A stretch of 64,000 bases of DNA from Candidatus Micrarchaeota archaeon (GTDB lineage Archaea > Micrarchaeota > Micrarchaeia > Norongarragalinales > SBBD01): assembly GCA_018819225.1 (NCBI GenBank), contig JAHJQN010000004.1, positions 66,813 to 130,812 on the forward strand, in the 5' to 3' direction. Below are positions 18,738 to 29,397 of the stretch, in pieces. The position numbers and the translations under genes were made by a program. The notes under the pieces were generated by a model. It ran no database searches. It was not told the origin of the DNA and worked only from the letters and a program-made list of their open reading frames with translations. Every line of letters begins with the position of its first letter. The stretch's first letter is position 1.

Positions 18738-19241
18738 TTATTCATGCGCTTTAAATCTGAATTCCGTGAATGGTATCAACGGGTATCGCTCTTGAATCGC
18801 AATCACTCCGGGCCGGCCAATCCGACGATATTTCACTCGATTTTTGATTTCGGTTGGCACATGGCTCATAATTGTTGGTTCAAGCCGTACAGTCAGGCCT
18901 TCTCTCTTAATAATCTCCTGAATTGCGCTTCGGATTATTTTTCCCCGTTGAGGAGTCAACGCCATTTCTCTGGAACGTGCAACCGCGATGCTGTATGGAA
19001 ACCGTTGTGGCGTGACCATCATATGATATCCGGTTCGAAACAACGCGTGTTCCCGAAGCATTTTTGCTATTCGCAGGATTTGCGCGCGAGTTGATTCAGT
19101 TTCTGGAGGTTTCAACGTCTTTTCACTCAGTAGATGTGGATATATTCCTAATAAATGGCTTTCCCTCAGCCGTTTCCAAACGGTTAAATGGCGATTTTCC
19201 CTTGTATTGTACATCATGCTGGCTGCCATTCTATTCCTCAT
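18738..19241 (-). CDS. Hypothetical basic protein
   Basis: 167-aa Arg/Lys-rich ORF with no recognised motif. The start is uncertain. Confidence 0.3.
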   Translation of the reverse strand: MRNRMAASMMYNTRENRHLTVWKRLRESHLLGIYPHLLSEKTLKPPETESTRAQILRIAKMLREHALFRTGYHMMVTPQRFPYSIAVARSREMALTPQRGKIIRSAIQEIIKREGLTVRLEPTIMSHVPTEIKNRVKYRRIGRPGVIAIQERYPLIPFTEFRFKAHE

Positions 19242-21057
19242 CGGTTCCTATTTGATCGGCTTATCGGTTTCCCGTCGCTTAATGTTCATTAACGCAGGCA
19301 TTCTCGCTATTGCTTTCGGCTTGATCATCGGCACCTGGACCGTATTCTTATCGTCGCTGGTATTCGGGTTCACGACCGTTTCCATCGTCCTTGCCTCGCT
19401 TCTGATTCTCGCTATCGCGCTCCACGATCTGCCGTTTCATGAGCTCTCCAAATCCGTGAGAAAGGAATCCTACGTTCCTTACGCGTTCTTAGCAATATCC
19501 TTCCTGGCATTTCTGGTTCTTTCCTCTGCGTTGCTCCACTGGGATTCGAGTGGAAATATCATCGGCAATGGAAAAGATTTAGGATTTTATTTAGCCATTT
19601 CCACTTCAATTTCCGAGGGGAATTTTCCTCCTCAATATCCCGTTGCGGCTTCCGATCCCCTTAGCTATTATTATTTTTTCTCATTCATGGCTTCTATTTT
19701 ATTCAAAGGCGGTATACCCTTATTCATTTCGTTCAATCTTGTTTCCGCGATTTTCTTATCCGGATTATTCACCTTCGTTTTTATTATGGCCTCCTCGCTT
19801 TTCAGGAGCCATCGTACCGGAGTATTTTCGGTTTTTCTGTTATTGTTTGCCGGCGGTTTGCATTTTCTTCCCTATCTTGAATTCGTCGATCTCTCAAATC
19901 CGCAAGTTATTTCTGAGATACTCTTGAACCCTCGCTTGTTGACGCAATATCAATCGTATGGGTACCCCGTTCACAATATTCTGCTAACATCGGTTACCGC
20001 TCGACCGGACCTAGCCGGATTATTCTTTTTCACTGCAGCAGCCGCGTTTTTGTTACTGCGTAAGCGTTTAAGCTCCGTATGGATGGGGATTTCTGGAGGA
20101 TTATTCGGATTAACGGCCATGTTCAGCGTTCCCCTCGCAATGGTGACGCTATCCGCACTTGTAATCTACCTCGCGTTCTTTGATTCCGAGGCTGTAAAGA
20201 ATCGGTTTCACCTCCTCGTACCGTTTGGAATCGGTTTGGTTCTCGCATTAGTCATTCAGTTACCGATCTTTCTCCCCAAACTGGTTTCCGCGAACGCTCA
20301 CTTTGCTTTCGCACCGCTTGAATTCCTTTCCGAAACCCCGTTTTCAGATCCGCTTACGTTTTGGACAGCCAATTTTGGTTTCTGGCTGCTTGCGGGAATC
20401 GCCGGCTATTTTCTTGCTCCTTCTAAACTAAAAAAAATCGCTTTATCCCTATTACCGTCGTTTCTTTTCCTCAATCTGTTTCAATTCGCCCCCTGGTACG
20501 TTGATCAGTTCAAGTTGGCGCTTCCAGTGCTTGTCATTCTCGTGTTGCTTTCCATCCCGTTATACCGTCGGGTGTATTCCATCCGTCGGTTTGGCCCATC
20601 TTTAGTCATTCTTCTCGTTCTCTCTTCCAGTCTGACGGGTTACTTGAATGTCATTTCCATTACTCAATTCGCGAGCGCGGATGCTCCTGAACGTCCCATA
20701 TGCAACGCTTCAGCCGTGCAATTCTCGGAATTCGTCCGCTTAAACACGCCTCCATCATCTGTTTTCATTTCAGATCCTGAAACAGATGTTTCGTGCCTCA
20801 CCGCGTTCAGTGGCAGACTCGCGTTTTACTCGAACGGGAAATGGATCGAAAACCATGGCTTGAATCGAACAATAAAGGAAAAACAGAACCAGGATATGCT
20901 GAAAGGGGATTGCGAATTATTGAAACGTCTCGACATTCATTATGCTTATGAGGATGAAAATTCCGGGTGGCGCATTCCTCAATCATTGAAAGAAATCTCA
21001 ACGCTCGTTCATTCTCGAAGCGATCTCCGTCTATACCAAATTCACTGCCCAAACTGA
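19207..21057 (+). CDS. Polytopic membrane glycosyltransferase-like protein (GT-C/PMT-ArnT-like) with C-terminal soluble domain
   Basis: 616 aa. About 12 TM helices are followed by a soluble domain of about 120 aa ending ...DIHYAYEDENSGW...LRLYQIHCPN. That C-terminal domain resembles those of 32074-32607 and 33910-35829. Confidence 0.45.
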   Translation: MYIMLAAILFLIGSYLIGLSVSRRLMFINAGILAIAFGLIIGTWTVFLSSLVFGFTTVSIVLASLLILAIALHDLPFHELSKSVRKESYVPYAFLAISFLAFLVLSSALLHWDSSGNIIGNGKDLGFYLAISTSISEGNFPPQYPVAASDPLSYYYFFSFMASILFKGGIPLFISFNLVSAIFLSGLFTFVFIMASSLFRSHRTGVFSVFLLLFAGGLHFLPYLEFVDLSNPQVISEILLNPRLLTQYQSYGYPVHNILLTSVTARPDLAGLFFFTAAAAFLLLRKRLSSVWMGISGGLFGLTAMFSVPLAMVTLSALVIYLAFFDSEAVKNRFHLLVPFGIGLVLALVIQLPIFLPKLVSANAHFAFAPLEFLSETPFSDPLTFWTANFGFWLLAGIAGYFLAPSKLKKIALSLLPSFLFLNLFQFAPWYVDQFKLALPVLVILVLLSIPLYRRVYSIRRFGPSLVILLVLSSSLTGYLNVISITQFASADAPERPICNASAVQFSEFVRLNTPPSSVFISDPETDVSCLTAFSGRLAFYSNGKWIENHGLNRTIKEKQNQDMLKGDCELLKRLDIHYAYEDENSGWRIPQSLKEISTLVHSRSDLRLYQIHCPN

Positions 21058-21132
21058 TATTCGGCATTCCCCAACATTTTTAAGTTGACGAACCTTATTT
21101 CGTACTATTTACTTTTTTTTGGTGTGTAGGCT

Positions 21133-23655
21133 ATGTTCCGACAGGTATTTGCGGTCATTCTCTTTGCCTCGCTGGTTTCATCTATTTCCAATTGGGATAC
21201 GCATCAGCATGACCTGGAGAATACGGGTTCAACCCCTGAATCCGGACCTGAAAACTTCAACATATTAGGGGAATTCGGCCGCTGGAATCCAAGCTATGAG
21301 TGTTATACTGGAAGTGCTCCGCCGGATCATGCCCCCCTTTTACACAATGGCCGCTTGTATATGTATACGAGCCATCCTGTACAAGTTTTTGCGATTTGCG
21401 TTTATCAATACGACGATCCCGTAAACGGATTTATGGGTCAAATTGGTTGCGATGTTCAGTCCACGCCCATTGTGGTAGGCGACACGCTTTTCACTCACTG
21501 CGGGTTTGATCCCGGATTCCCTCCGCACAATCAAATCAAAGCATGGGATGTCGAAACGCTGAGCTTGAAATGGAAACGGAATCTCCCGTTATTTGGCTGG
21601 TACAATTCCATGAACGGCATGACGTACGGAGCGAATAAGATTTTCATCGGTTATGCCGGAAACGGTGGCGCGCAGCTTCCAACTCTTTGGGCATTAAACG
21701 CTTCTTCCACCAATCCCTTTGGTCAAGAGGTCTGGAAAATCACTTTTCCCGACCATTTCGGAAAAATCTACCGAGCGCCGCTATTTTTGAATGAGAGCCT
21801 CTATGTTTCGTACGGAAATCAAAGCGGTTTTTTTCTGATAAAATTAAACGCAAATACCAGTGATGAAATTTGGACGCGGAAAGTGGGGTCCGAGCCCGGT
21901 TTTGTATCTCCCATTCATCATGGCGGCACCATTTACACGGCAGGAAACTCGCTGAGGGCATACGATGAAGACGGAAACGAGAAATGGGCGAGAGGAGTAT
22001 ACGGTACCGCCTACGGACTAACGTATTGGAAAGACCAAATCATTTACTTCGGTCTCCCACAAACTAATTGGGGGAGAATGCACGCCATTAACGCTACGAA
22101 CGGATCGCTGATATGGCAATATGACTATCCGGTGACCGGAGGTTATGCGCGAGGTACACCCGCTGTTTCGGAAAACGGAATTATTTATCATTGCGGGGGA
22201 CCGAATTTCTTTGTTGCAATCAATGCGACGGATGGAACAAAGCTCTGGCATTCTGCTTTGGGTTGCCGTGATCAATCCCCCTCCGTTTATCGCGGTATTA
22301 CGTATGTTCCGACTCGTTCAAGTGATTCAAATGGGTGGACGTTGGCCATCGGTCCCGAATTCCCTCCCAACGAACCGCCTATGGTTACTGTAACGGGTCC
22401 GGGATGGGCTTTGATGGGTAACGAATTCAATGTAACGGGTGATGCGGTGGATTCGGATGGAATAATCAGCAACCATTCCTGGACGTACGATCCATCATTC
22501 TGCAACTTGAATCTTGAAACTTCTAATGGTATGGGTACTTCTCACTTCACTTCCATTGCAACGTTTGTTTGTTACGCGGTGGGTCCGCAAGTATTCGAGA
22601 TGGGCGTATTTGATAATGCGGGTACGATGCAAAACGACCAGGATACGGTTGAAATTCTGGATGTGGCGCCAGTCCTCGGCAATTTTGACATCATTCCAGA
22701 TCCCATTCTTTATTGGGCGGATGGAATCCTTCGCGGACAAACGTTTTCAGTTGCCAATTGTAAGGATGGATCCGGGGATCCCATTGACTGCGGATACTTT
22801 TCGGATCCTGCGTGGAACTTGCAGGGGTTTGAGGATGACGGAATAACTCAAATCGTTGAATTCGCCGATTTTTCGCAAACCTATTTGGCTGTTGATACGG
22901 CTTCCATTGACCAGAGCGGAAATTTCTGGGTGGAGTCTGCTGTCCCTGGAGACGGACAAATTCTTGCTGAAATTGATGGAATCGAGCGTTCCGTTGATAT
23001 CGTTGTCAGCGAATATTCATTAACGGTCATTCCGTCAATCATTGAGCTAGTATATGGAGGCGTTCAGGATTTCGATGCCGAGTGCGAGAGTCAAAATGTG
23101 GTCATTTCCTGTCCTCAAGCCCCCGTATGGTCTCTCGAGAACGGTCTTTTTGGTACGATTGATGCGAACACCGGAGTATATACTGCTCCGCTCTTTCCTT
23201 CATCGGGCCAAGTTCACGCGACAATCGGTACGGTATACGGGACCGCCGATGTTTCGGTCTGGGAGAATATCGTTCCCACCAGTTCATCTGAACCCATTCC
23301 GGACATCGTGGAACCCAACATGTTATACTTGAATTGTCCTCGCCTGGTTCAACGTGATGAAACCCTTATCGAGGTTCAGTGTTGGAGAGAAGGAGTTCCG
23401 TGCGATTTGAGTGATATCTCTTTGAATGGTGCTCCATACCAATTCGTAGGAACCGGTCACGGATCGATCTCTTATTCCGTCGAAACCCTGCAAGCAGGAA
23501 CGTATTATCTCACCGCACAGGTTTCCGGTTTGGATACCAGTTCGTGCTCCATTCAGCGTGCAAACCTGCAGCCTGCTTCTGTTCCAGAACTTCATCCCGC
23601 TTTAATCCTGTTTCTGGCCGCGAGCATGCTATTCGTCATGCGGCGTCGAGCTTAG
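21133..23655 (+). CDS. Large secreted surface protein: PQQ-like beta-propeller repeats + Ig-like domains + conserved Cys-containing C-terminal domain + VPXXXP-type C-terminal TM sorting tail
   Basis: 840 aa with a signal peptide. Repeated W/Y-rich propeller blades (ALNASSTNPFGQEVWKI..., AINATNGSLIWQYDY..., AINATDGTKLWHS). C-terminus CPRLV...QCW...PC...SSCSIQ...ASVPELHPALILFLAASMLFVMRRRA. Confidence 0.6.
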   Translation: MFRQVFAVILFASLVSSISNWDTHQHDLENTGSTPESGPENFNILGEFGRWNPSYECYTGSAPPDHAPLLHNGRLYMYTSHPVQVFAICVYQYDDPVNGFMGQIGCDVQSTPIVVGDTLFTHCGFDPGFPPHNQIKAWDVETLSLKWKRNLPLFGWYNSMNGMTYGANKIFIGYAGNGGAQLPTLWALNASSTNPFGQEVWKITFPDHFGKIYRAPLFLNESLYVSYGNQSGFFLIKLNANTSDEIWTRKVGSEPGFVSPIHHGGTIYTAGNSLRAYDEDGNEKWARGVYGTAYGLTYWKDQIIYFGLPQTNWGRMHAINATNGSLIWQYDYPVTGGYARGTPAVSENGIIYHCGGPNFFVAINATDGTKLWHSALGCRDQSPSVYRGITYVPTRSSDSNGWTLAIGPEFPPNEPPMVTVTGPGWALMGNEFNVTGDAVDSDGIISNHSWTYDPSFCNLNLETSNGMGTSHFTSIATFVCYAVGPQVFEMGVFDNAGTMQNDQDTVEILDVAPVLGNFDIIPDPILYWADGILRGQTFSVANCKDGSGDPIDCGYFSDPAWNLQGFEDDGITQIVEFADFSQTYLAVDTASIDQSGNFWVESAVPGDGQILAEIDGIERSVDIVVSEYSLTVIPSIIELVYGGVQDFDAECESQNVVISCPQAPVWSLENGLFGTIDANTGVYTAPLFPSSGQVHATIGTVYGTADVSVWENIVPTSSSEPIPDIVEPNMLYLNCPRLVQRDETLIEVQCWREGVPCDLSDISLNGAPYQFVGTGHGSISYSVETLQAGTYYLTAQVSGLDTSSCSIQRANLQPASVPELHPALILFLAASMLFVMRRRA

Positions 23656-23695
23656 CCAGCATGATTTATATACTTCTTTCCCAACTCCTTAATTC

Positions 23696-24247
23696 ATGGA
23701 TTCCAAAGTCCTTTTCATTGGGGGCATCCCGGGTCTCGGAAAAAGCAAGTATGCCTCCAAGATTCCCATGCTTCATTCGAAAGTGCATCACCTCAATTTG
23801 GAACAAATGCTAACCTATCTCGCGGAACACTCGTTTGCTAAACAGGTGGATGATTTATCTCCGGAAGAATTGGATCAAATCGGAAAACGCTGTTTGAGGG
23901 AAGTGGAAGGAAAAGCGGACATTACGTTGCTGGACGGATCGTATTCTCATTATTCTCCAGATCCCGGTAAACGAAAAACCCCGATTCCCGTTTCATTGCA
24001 GGAACGCATCGATGCATTCATTTTAGTGGATGCCGATGTCCAAACGGCTATTTGGTTGCGGGAACGACGCCAATATCCAAAAGAACGTATGGTTTCCGTC
24101 CGCGTGCAACATGAACTTGAATTGGAGAAACAGATGGCTGAACAAATGGCGGCTCGGTTGGGTAAGAAACTCGTAATCGTCAAGCGCCAGCGCAACGTGG
24201 ATTTTGTCGAGGTCCTTCGCACCACCATTCTGGTTATGACGCAATGA
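23696..24247 (+). CDS. P-loop NTPase / nucleotide kinase-like protein
   Basis: 183 aa. The Walker A-like GGIPGLGKS sits at the N-terminus. The specific family is not determined. Confidence 0.45.
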   Translation: MDSKVLFIGGIPGLGKSKYASKIPMLHSKVHHLNLEQMLTYLAEHSFAKQVDDLSPEELDQIGKRCLREVEGKADITLLDGSYSHYSPDPGKRKTPIPVSLQERIDAFILVDADVQTAIWLRERRQYPKERMVSVRVQHELELEKQMAEQMAARLGKKLVIVKRQRNVDFVEVLRTTILVMTQ

Positions 24248-24251
24248 AGCG

Positions 24252-24602
24252 TCACGTGCGATAATACATGGAATCGTATTTCGTTAATTCGTTCCGGTGC
24301 GCTTCCAACGTTTGAACAATTAACAAGTAAACGCATAGAAGTAACGCCACTGAAACGAGCGGGAACACGTCAAAAATATTGCTTTCCATGACGCCCATGA
24401 GTCTTAAAAGCAGCTCGGCAAACAACCACAACGTCACGTACGTTTCAGAAATCAACATCAAATAGAAAATTTTTTGCATTAATTTGAATCGAAAGAGTCG
24501 AAGCGCTTTCGTCAACCGGAACCAAACGTATATTGCGAGCGTAAACAGCGATCCGTATCCGATGATCAGTCCTTGTTCGATGGCACTCATATTCCGTTCC
24601 AT
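24252..24602 (-). CDS. Small hypothetical membrane protein
   Basis: 116 aa with three hydrophobic segments. Confidence 0.3.
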   Translation of the reverse strand: MERNMSAIEQGLIIGYGSLFTLAIYVWFRLTKALRLFRFKLMQKIFYLMLISETYVTLWLFAELLLRLMGVMESNIFDVFPLVSVALLLCVYLLIVQTLEAHRNELTKYDSMYYRT

Positions 24603-24706
24603 TCGATTTGTTTTACTACCTTCAAAAGCCTTCCGGTTTTTTCCCCGGATTCGTTCGATGGGGGGTAATCGGAATTTTAATAAAGCACAACTGACCTGTT
24701 TGGGTC

Positions 24707-27700
24707 ATGCCTCGAATTCATCTCTTATCTCTTGCATTATTCGCTCTTTTCGTTGGTAATGCATTGGCGATTACCAATTGGGCGTTGCGGGAATTCGATG
24801 CCGGCAACATAATGAGTAGTCCGGACGGTCCGGAAATGCCTCTCCAGCTCCTCGGATACTTTGGTAGTACGGGCAGCGGTTGCTATACCGCCCAAGATAA
24901 TAACTACATGCCGGGCGGCGTTCTCGCTTACAACGGTAAAGCGTACATGGTTGCCGCAATAGGCGGCAGTGGAATTCCGACCACATTCCACATCTGCGTA
25001 TTCGACTATAACGAGCCTTCTGAAAATCCGATTCAAATCATTGACATCGATACCCAGGTGTCCCCTGCAATTTACAAGAATATACTGTATGCCTGGGTGG
25101 AAGGGAGTCAAAGACTCGTTGCCTACGACCTCGTTTCAAACACCATCAAATGGCAAATCAGTTTGGATACGTCGGGTGTGCGTGGCAACATCTATCACGT
25201 TCCCATCGTGGCCGACGATAAGGTGTTCATGACAACCAGTGCTTTCATGGGTCCGACGCGAGTGTGGGCCCTGGATTATGAGACGGGTGCCGAGGTATGG
25301 AAACGAGTATACGAAGGGCAGTGGAGCTGGGGCCCAAAATTCGCCTATATGCCCGCTTTCGGAGACGGTCGCTTGTATACCGTATTTGTGAACGAAACCA
25401 CTTTTGACGGCAGTACCCAAAACATTACTACTGAGGCAATCGATGCAGACACCGGCGCATTGATATGGCAAAAGAGCGGGATATTAAGCGGTAACATCTA
25501 TTGGGAGATGTACGATTCCGCGCCTGTTTTTCACGGTGGCTGGCTATACACTTTCATCGATACTACTGGCGGCTATCAAGTTTACCGCCGTTCGGCAGCG
25601 TCCGGAGGGTTAAGTTGGTCGTCACCAGCAAGTACTGGAACTCATTATGGAATAACGGTTTCAGATGATCGAGTTTTCATGACACGGGGCGGCATACCCG
25701 GAGCTCCCCTTTACGCGTATGCTCTTTTCGGATCCGATGGGAGTGACGATTGGATGACTGCTCTTTCCAGTTTACATCATCCTCAAGGCGTTCCTGCCAC
25801 GCTGGGAAACGGGTTGCTTTATTATTCAACTCGGCAGGCAACGAAGGCATTGAATTCCGTTACCGGCGAAATTATTGATGGGACCCTTAAATACATGACG
25901 AAACGCAAGCTCGCTGTCACGTACAACAATTTGCTGTATATTCCGGCTGTTGGCGGCGGAAACCCCGATAATGGATTGGTGGCTATTTATGGTACGGCTC
26001 TTCCTTCCAACCTTCCGCCAAATGCCGAAGCCAACGGTCCTTACAGCGGCTTAATCAATGAAGTCATTCCCCTCGTTGGAATGGGTTGGGATGAAGATGG
26101 CGTGATTACCAATATTCAATGGGATATTTCCACGCATCCGGAATGCGTGCTCAACAACATTAACGTACAAAACCTTAATACCGAAACCGCTAATATTTTC
26201 GCTGATCTGGCGTGTTCTTCCACAGGAGTCAAGGTCATCACGCTGATTGCGACAGATGATGATGGCTTGCAGGCATCGGATACCGCATTTGTAGCCATTG
26301 GAGGCGTTGGCAGTGGCGGAGACCCTCCGGTAGTAGAGGCAGGTGGTCCGTATGCCGGTGAAGTTGACACCGCTATTCCCATTTTCGGTTTTGCCTACGA
26401 TGACGGCAGCATTACTGCTCTTTCTTGGACCTCGATTCCTGCGGATTGTACTCTATCAAATGAGATGTACAATTTGGTAACGGATCCCGCCACCGCGTAC
26501 GCCGATATCTCGTGCACTATCGCCAATCCGGTTCCCAAATCCATTTCATTAGAGGCAACGGATAACGATGCCAATCACGGCACCGATGACGCGGATTTGT
26601 TGATCTTGCCAGTAGGCGGAAATTTCCCCCCGACGGTTTCTATCATTGCCGCTCCTCCTTGGATTGAAGAAAATACTCCGTTTCAAGTAGTGGCTGAAGG
26701 CCGCGATCAAGACGGCAACCTCGTCTCAGTTACGTGGACCCATCCCACGTGCAGTTTTGTTAGCGCCAATAACAATCCCCCGCTACCCGCCCCGAACACC
26801 ATTTCGACGCTAACCACTTCCTGCGCAACTATCGGCCAAGCTACGGTTACCGTTCTAGTCACCGACAATGATGGGGCAACGGCTAGTGACCAAGCGGTCG
26901 TTCAAATCGTGGCTTCAGGCGATGAACCTGAAATGACTTCCATAGAAATCGATTCTTCTGATGAGCATTGGGCTGACTTTATTGACCGATCCCAAATCTA
27001 CGATATTACTTGCTACAACGATTTCGGCCCCATGAACTGCTTCGGTACTCTTTCTTGGGGACTCCAGGCATTTCCTCCGCAAGATGCTACCTTGATATTC
27101 GATATTCAGAATGACGGCACATTCCATCTGCAAACCGACCGACCCGTCACAGGCCAAGTGACCGCTTCCTTGAATAATATGGATGGATTTTTCAGCGATG
27201 ATGAGCCTGTGACCGCTAACCCGTACTTGATTGAAGTAGATCCTTCGATTGCATTGCTTCCTCACGGCGGCGAGCAACAATTTGCGGCTTCATGCACGGA
27301 TGCCGGAGGAACGCCTATGGCCTGCCCCGGTCCCGGAACCCTGGAATGGTCTTTGATAGGAATCGGCGGCACCATTGACGCTACCGGACATTATTCAGCA
27401 CCCTTTACCGATGCAACGGGCCAAGTACGAGCGAATATTGGCTCGGTGAACGGGTTTGCTACCGTAATTGTGCAGGAAACGATTCCGACTCCAACGGTTC
27501 CTCCGGGAGGCGCGACGCCAACCTTTGTTTTCGTTCAAGGCAACGTATTAACGCTTGATTGTCCTAGAATTGCGTATACGGATCAATCGGCGGTTGTGGT
27601 TCAGTGCTGGAAGGGCGGAGAGCCCTGTTCTGCATCCGATATTCAATTAATGGGTTCTTCAAATGCGCTGGTGAGTGAAGGCCACGGGAGCTTTACTTAC

Positions 27701-27892
27701 GTGGTTGAGACCGTCACGGATGGCGAGTATTCGTTGCTAGCAACGGCTTCTGGTATGGACGGCCAGTCATGTTCCATTAATCGAGTGGAGCCCGAAGCAG
27801 GCTCTATTCCGGAGCTGCATCCTGTTCTAATCATCATCGCATTGTTTACGGCATTAATGGTTACGCGCAGACGTACCCGAGCTTTAATCTAA
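24707..27892 (+). CDS. Large secreted surface protein (paralog of 21133-23655): PQQ-like propeller + multiple Ig/PKD-like domains + conserved Cys C-terminal domain + VPXXXP-type tail
   Basis: 1061 aa with a signal peptide (MPRIHLLSLALFALFVGNALA). Propeller-like repeats. Repeated segments of about 95 aa (NGPYSGLINEVIPLVGMGWDEDGVITNIQWD..., GGPYAGEVDTAIPIFGFAYDDGSITALSWT...). C-terminus CPRIA...QCW...PC...QSCSINR...GSIPELHPVLIIIALFTALMVTRRRTRALI. Confidence 0.6.
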   Translation: MPRIHLLSLALFALFVGNALAITNWALREFDAGNIMSSPDGPEMPLQLLGYFGSTGSGCYTAQDNNYMPGGVLAYNGKAYMVAAIGGSGIPTTFHICVFDYNEPSENPIQIIDIDTQVSPAIYKNILYAWVEGSQRLVAYDLVSNTIKWQISLDTSGVRGNIYHVPIVADDKVFMTTSAFMGPTRVWALDYETGAEVWKRVYEGQWSWGPKFAYMPAFGDGRLYTVFVNETTFDGSTQNITTEAIDADTGALIWQKSGILSGNIYWEMYDSAPVFHGGWLYTFIDTTGGYQVYRRSAASGGLSWSSPASTGTHYGITVSDDRVFMTRGGIPGAPLYAYALFGSDGSDDWMTALSSLHHPQGVPATLGNGLLYYSTRQATKALNSVTGEIIDGTLKYMTKRKLAVTYNNLLYIPAVGGGNPDNGLVAIYGTALPSNLPPNAEANGPYSGLINEVIPLVGMGWDEDGVITNIQWDISTHPECVLNNINVQNLNTETANIFADLACSSTGVKVITLIATDDDGLQASDTAFVAIGGVGSGGDPPVVEAGGPYAGEVDTAIPIFGFAYDDGSITALSWTSIPADCTLSNEMYNLVTDPATAYADISCTIANPVPKSISLEATDNDANHGTDDADLLILPVGGNFPPTVSIIAAPPWIEENTPFQVVAEGRDQDGNLVSVTWTHPTCSFVSANNNPPLPAPNTISTLTTSCATIGQATVTVLVTDNDGATASDQAVVQIVASGDEPEMTSIEIDSSDEHWADFIDRSQIYDITCYNDFGPMNCFGTLSWGLQAFPPQDATLIFDIQNDGTFHLQTDRPVTGQVTASLNNMDGFFSDDEPVTANPYLIEVDPSIALLPHGGEQQFAASCTDAGGTPMACPGPGTLEWSLIGIGGTIDATGHYSAPFTDATGQVRANIGSVNGFATVIVQETIPTPTVPPGGATPTFVFVQGNVLTLDCPRIAYTDQSAVVVQCWKGGEPCSASDIQLMGSSNALVSEGHGSFTYVVETVTDGEYSLLATASGMDGQSCSINRVEPEAGSIPELHPVLIIIALFTALMVTRRRTRALI

Positions 27893-28356
27893 ACCTTGAC
27901 TCGTTTATGCATTCTATGCTCACTATGCGTAATGAGTTCCGCTATAGTTCCAAGCTGAATATTGATATCTAATTGTTTTCCCCCCTTAATTGCATCTTTA
28001 AAGGCTATAACTCTCGGATTCCGTACCTGGTGTTCACTTAAATGATTCTGTAATGCGGTTAATACTCCTGCGACGCGCTCTGGAGCCATCCGGAGAAGGT
28101 GACTTTGTTCCTGTTGAAGCAATAATCTCTCTCCGACCATCTTTCCATGAAACGCCGTTGTAATATCTCTGAAAGTCGCAGTCGGGTTCATTTTTCTCAT
28201 GAGCTTAGTATGCGACTCTCCATTTCGTCCCAACATTACTATTGGTTCGGTTGGATGGACTATAAACGTAATATCCGAAGTTGGCGTCCGGATTAATCGG
28301 CTGCTCTTCCGAATTATCATTTCGTCTTTCTGATTCACAATTGCGTTTCTAGTCAA
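27889..28356 (-). CDS. Hypothetical protein
   Basis: 155-aa ORF with no motif recognised. It lies just outside the left repeat of the integrated element. Confidence 0.3.
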   Translation of the reverse strand: MTRNAIVNQKDEMIIRKSSRLIRTPTSDITFIVHPTEPIVMLGRNGESHTKLMRKMNPTATFRDITTAFHGKMVGERLLLQQEQSHLLRMAPERVAGVLTALQNHLSEHQVRNPRVIAFKDAIKGGKQLDINIQLGTIAELITHSEHRMHKRVKV

Positions 28357-28515
28357 TGGTATTTAAATCAGGCGCTGGGGATCGGGATTAAGCCCTCTAG
28401 GAGAAAGCCTAGAACGAAGAAGGAAGCGGCGGGAGGATGAGCGTATACGGCTGGACTACAACGCGGTATTCGAGAATACGAACGATTTTATAAATATCTT
28501 GAATTTATCTAATTC

Positions 28516-29247
28516 ATGCCAATACCCCATTTACGCTTATTACAAGCGGTTCATGTCCTAGGTGTGGACCATTCCTCTCAACAGAGTACGCAAAAAGTGG
28601 TTAACTATTTACATTTTGGTATTGGCCAAAAGGTAATTGAAGGTACCTCGGGTGCCATCGCAATCGATTCATCTATTCCACCGGGTGCAGACCCGAAATC
28701 AAGAAGTATAAATAATGGTAAACGAGTGGGCATTGAATTGACTAGAAAAGAACTAGAAGAGTTTCGAGAACTGTATCGGAAAATCATGAAAGGAGAAGAT
28801 CTCCCAAAGCGCGTATCCACAATTCATGATCCTTTTTTTATAAATATGGTTCGATATGAAGCGCTGCATGGCGTTCAACTGGTTCCAGTTGATTCTGAGA
28901 AATTAAAACAATATTACCTTCGAGCAATGGAACGTGCGGAAAAACTGAAACTTGCTGGAAATGCTGAAGAAGCAGCCAAGCAAGAAGCAAGAGCTAACGA
29001 AGCGTGGATTCCTGCTCGCGAAGCGGCAATTGCTCGAACCATTGCTCGGGAAAAGTTGAAAATTAATATTGTAGGCAGATTCCACTCGGAAGCAGTTTCG
29101 AAAAGATTGAATGAAGAGCATAATGTGACTGCTTTTCCATTGAAATTTGTTTCAGCTAGAATGGAATCGCGATTAAAACACTTTGATGATTTCGGTGGTT
29201 TTATTCGGGCCCGAGAAATGTATTCAAAAAGAAGAATGCGAAAATAG
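28516..29247 (+). CDS. Hypothetical protein (element cargo)
   Basis: 243-aa charged, coiled-coil-rich ORF inside the repeat-bounded region. Confidence 0.35.
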   Translation: MPIPHLRLLQAVHVLGVDHSSQQSTQKVVNYLHFGIGQKVIEGTSGAIAIDSSIPPGADPKSRSINNGKRVGIELTRKELEEFRELYRKIMKGEDLPKRVSTIHDPFFINMVRYEALHGVQLVPVDSEKLKQYYLRAMERAEKLKLAGNAEEAAKQEARANEAWIPAREAAIARTIAREKLKINIVGRFHSEAVSKRLNEEHNVTAFPLKFVSARMESRLKHFDDFGGFIRAREMYSKRRMRK

Positions 29248-29397
29248 TCGCGTAATATCTAACAGAATGATTTCTGTTATAAATAGACGCGCTGGGGATG
29301 GGCGTATAGGCTTGAGGGAGGCAAATCCGCGGATTCTAACTAATTGTTCAAGCGCCGGGGAGGAGATTCAGGCCAAATAGTTCGAATCTCCTACAAT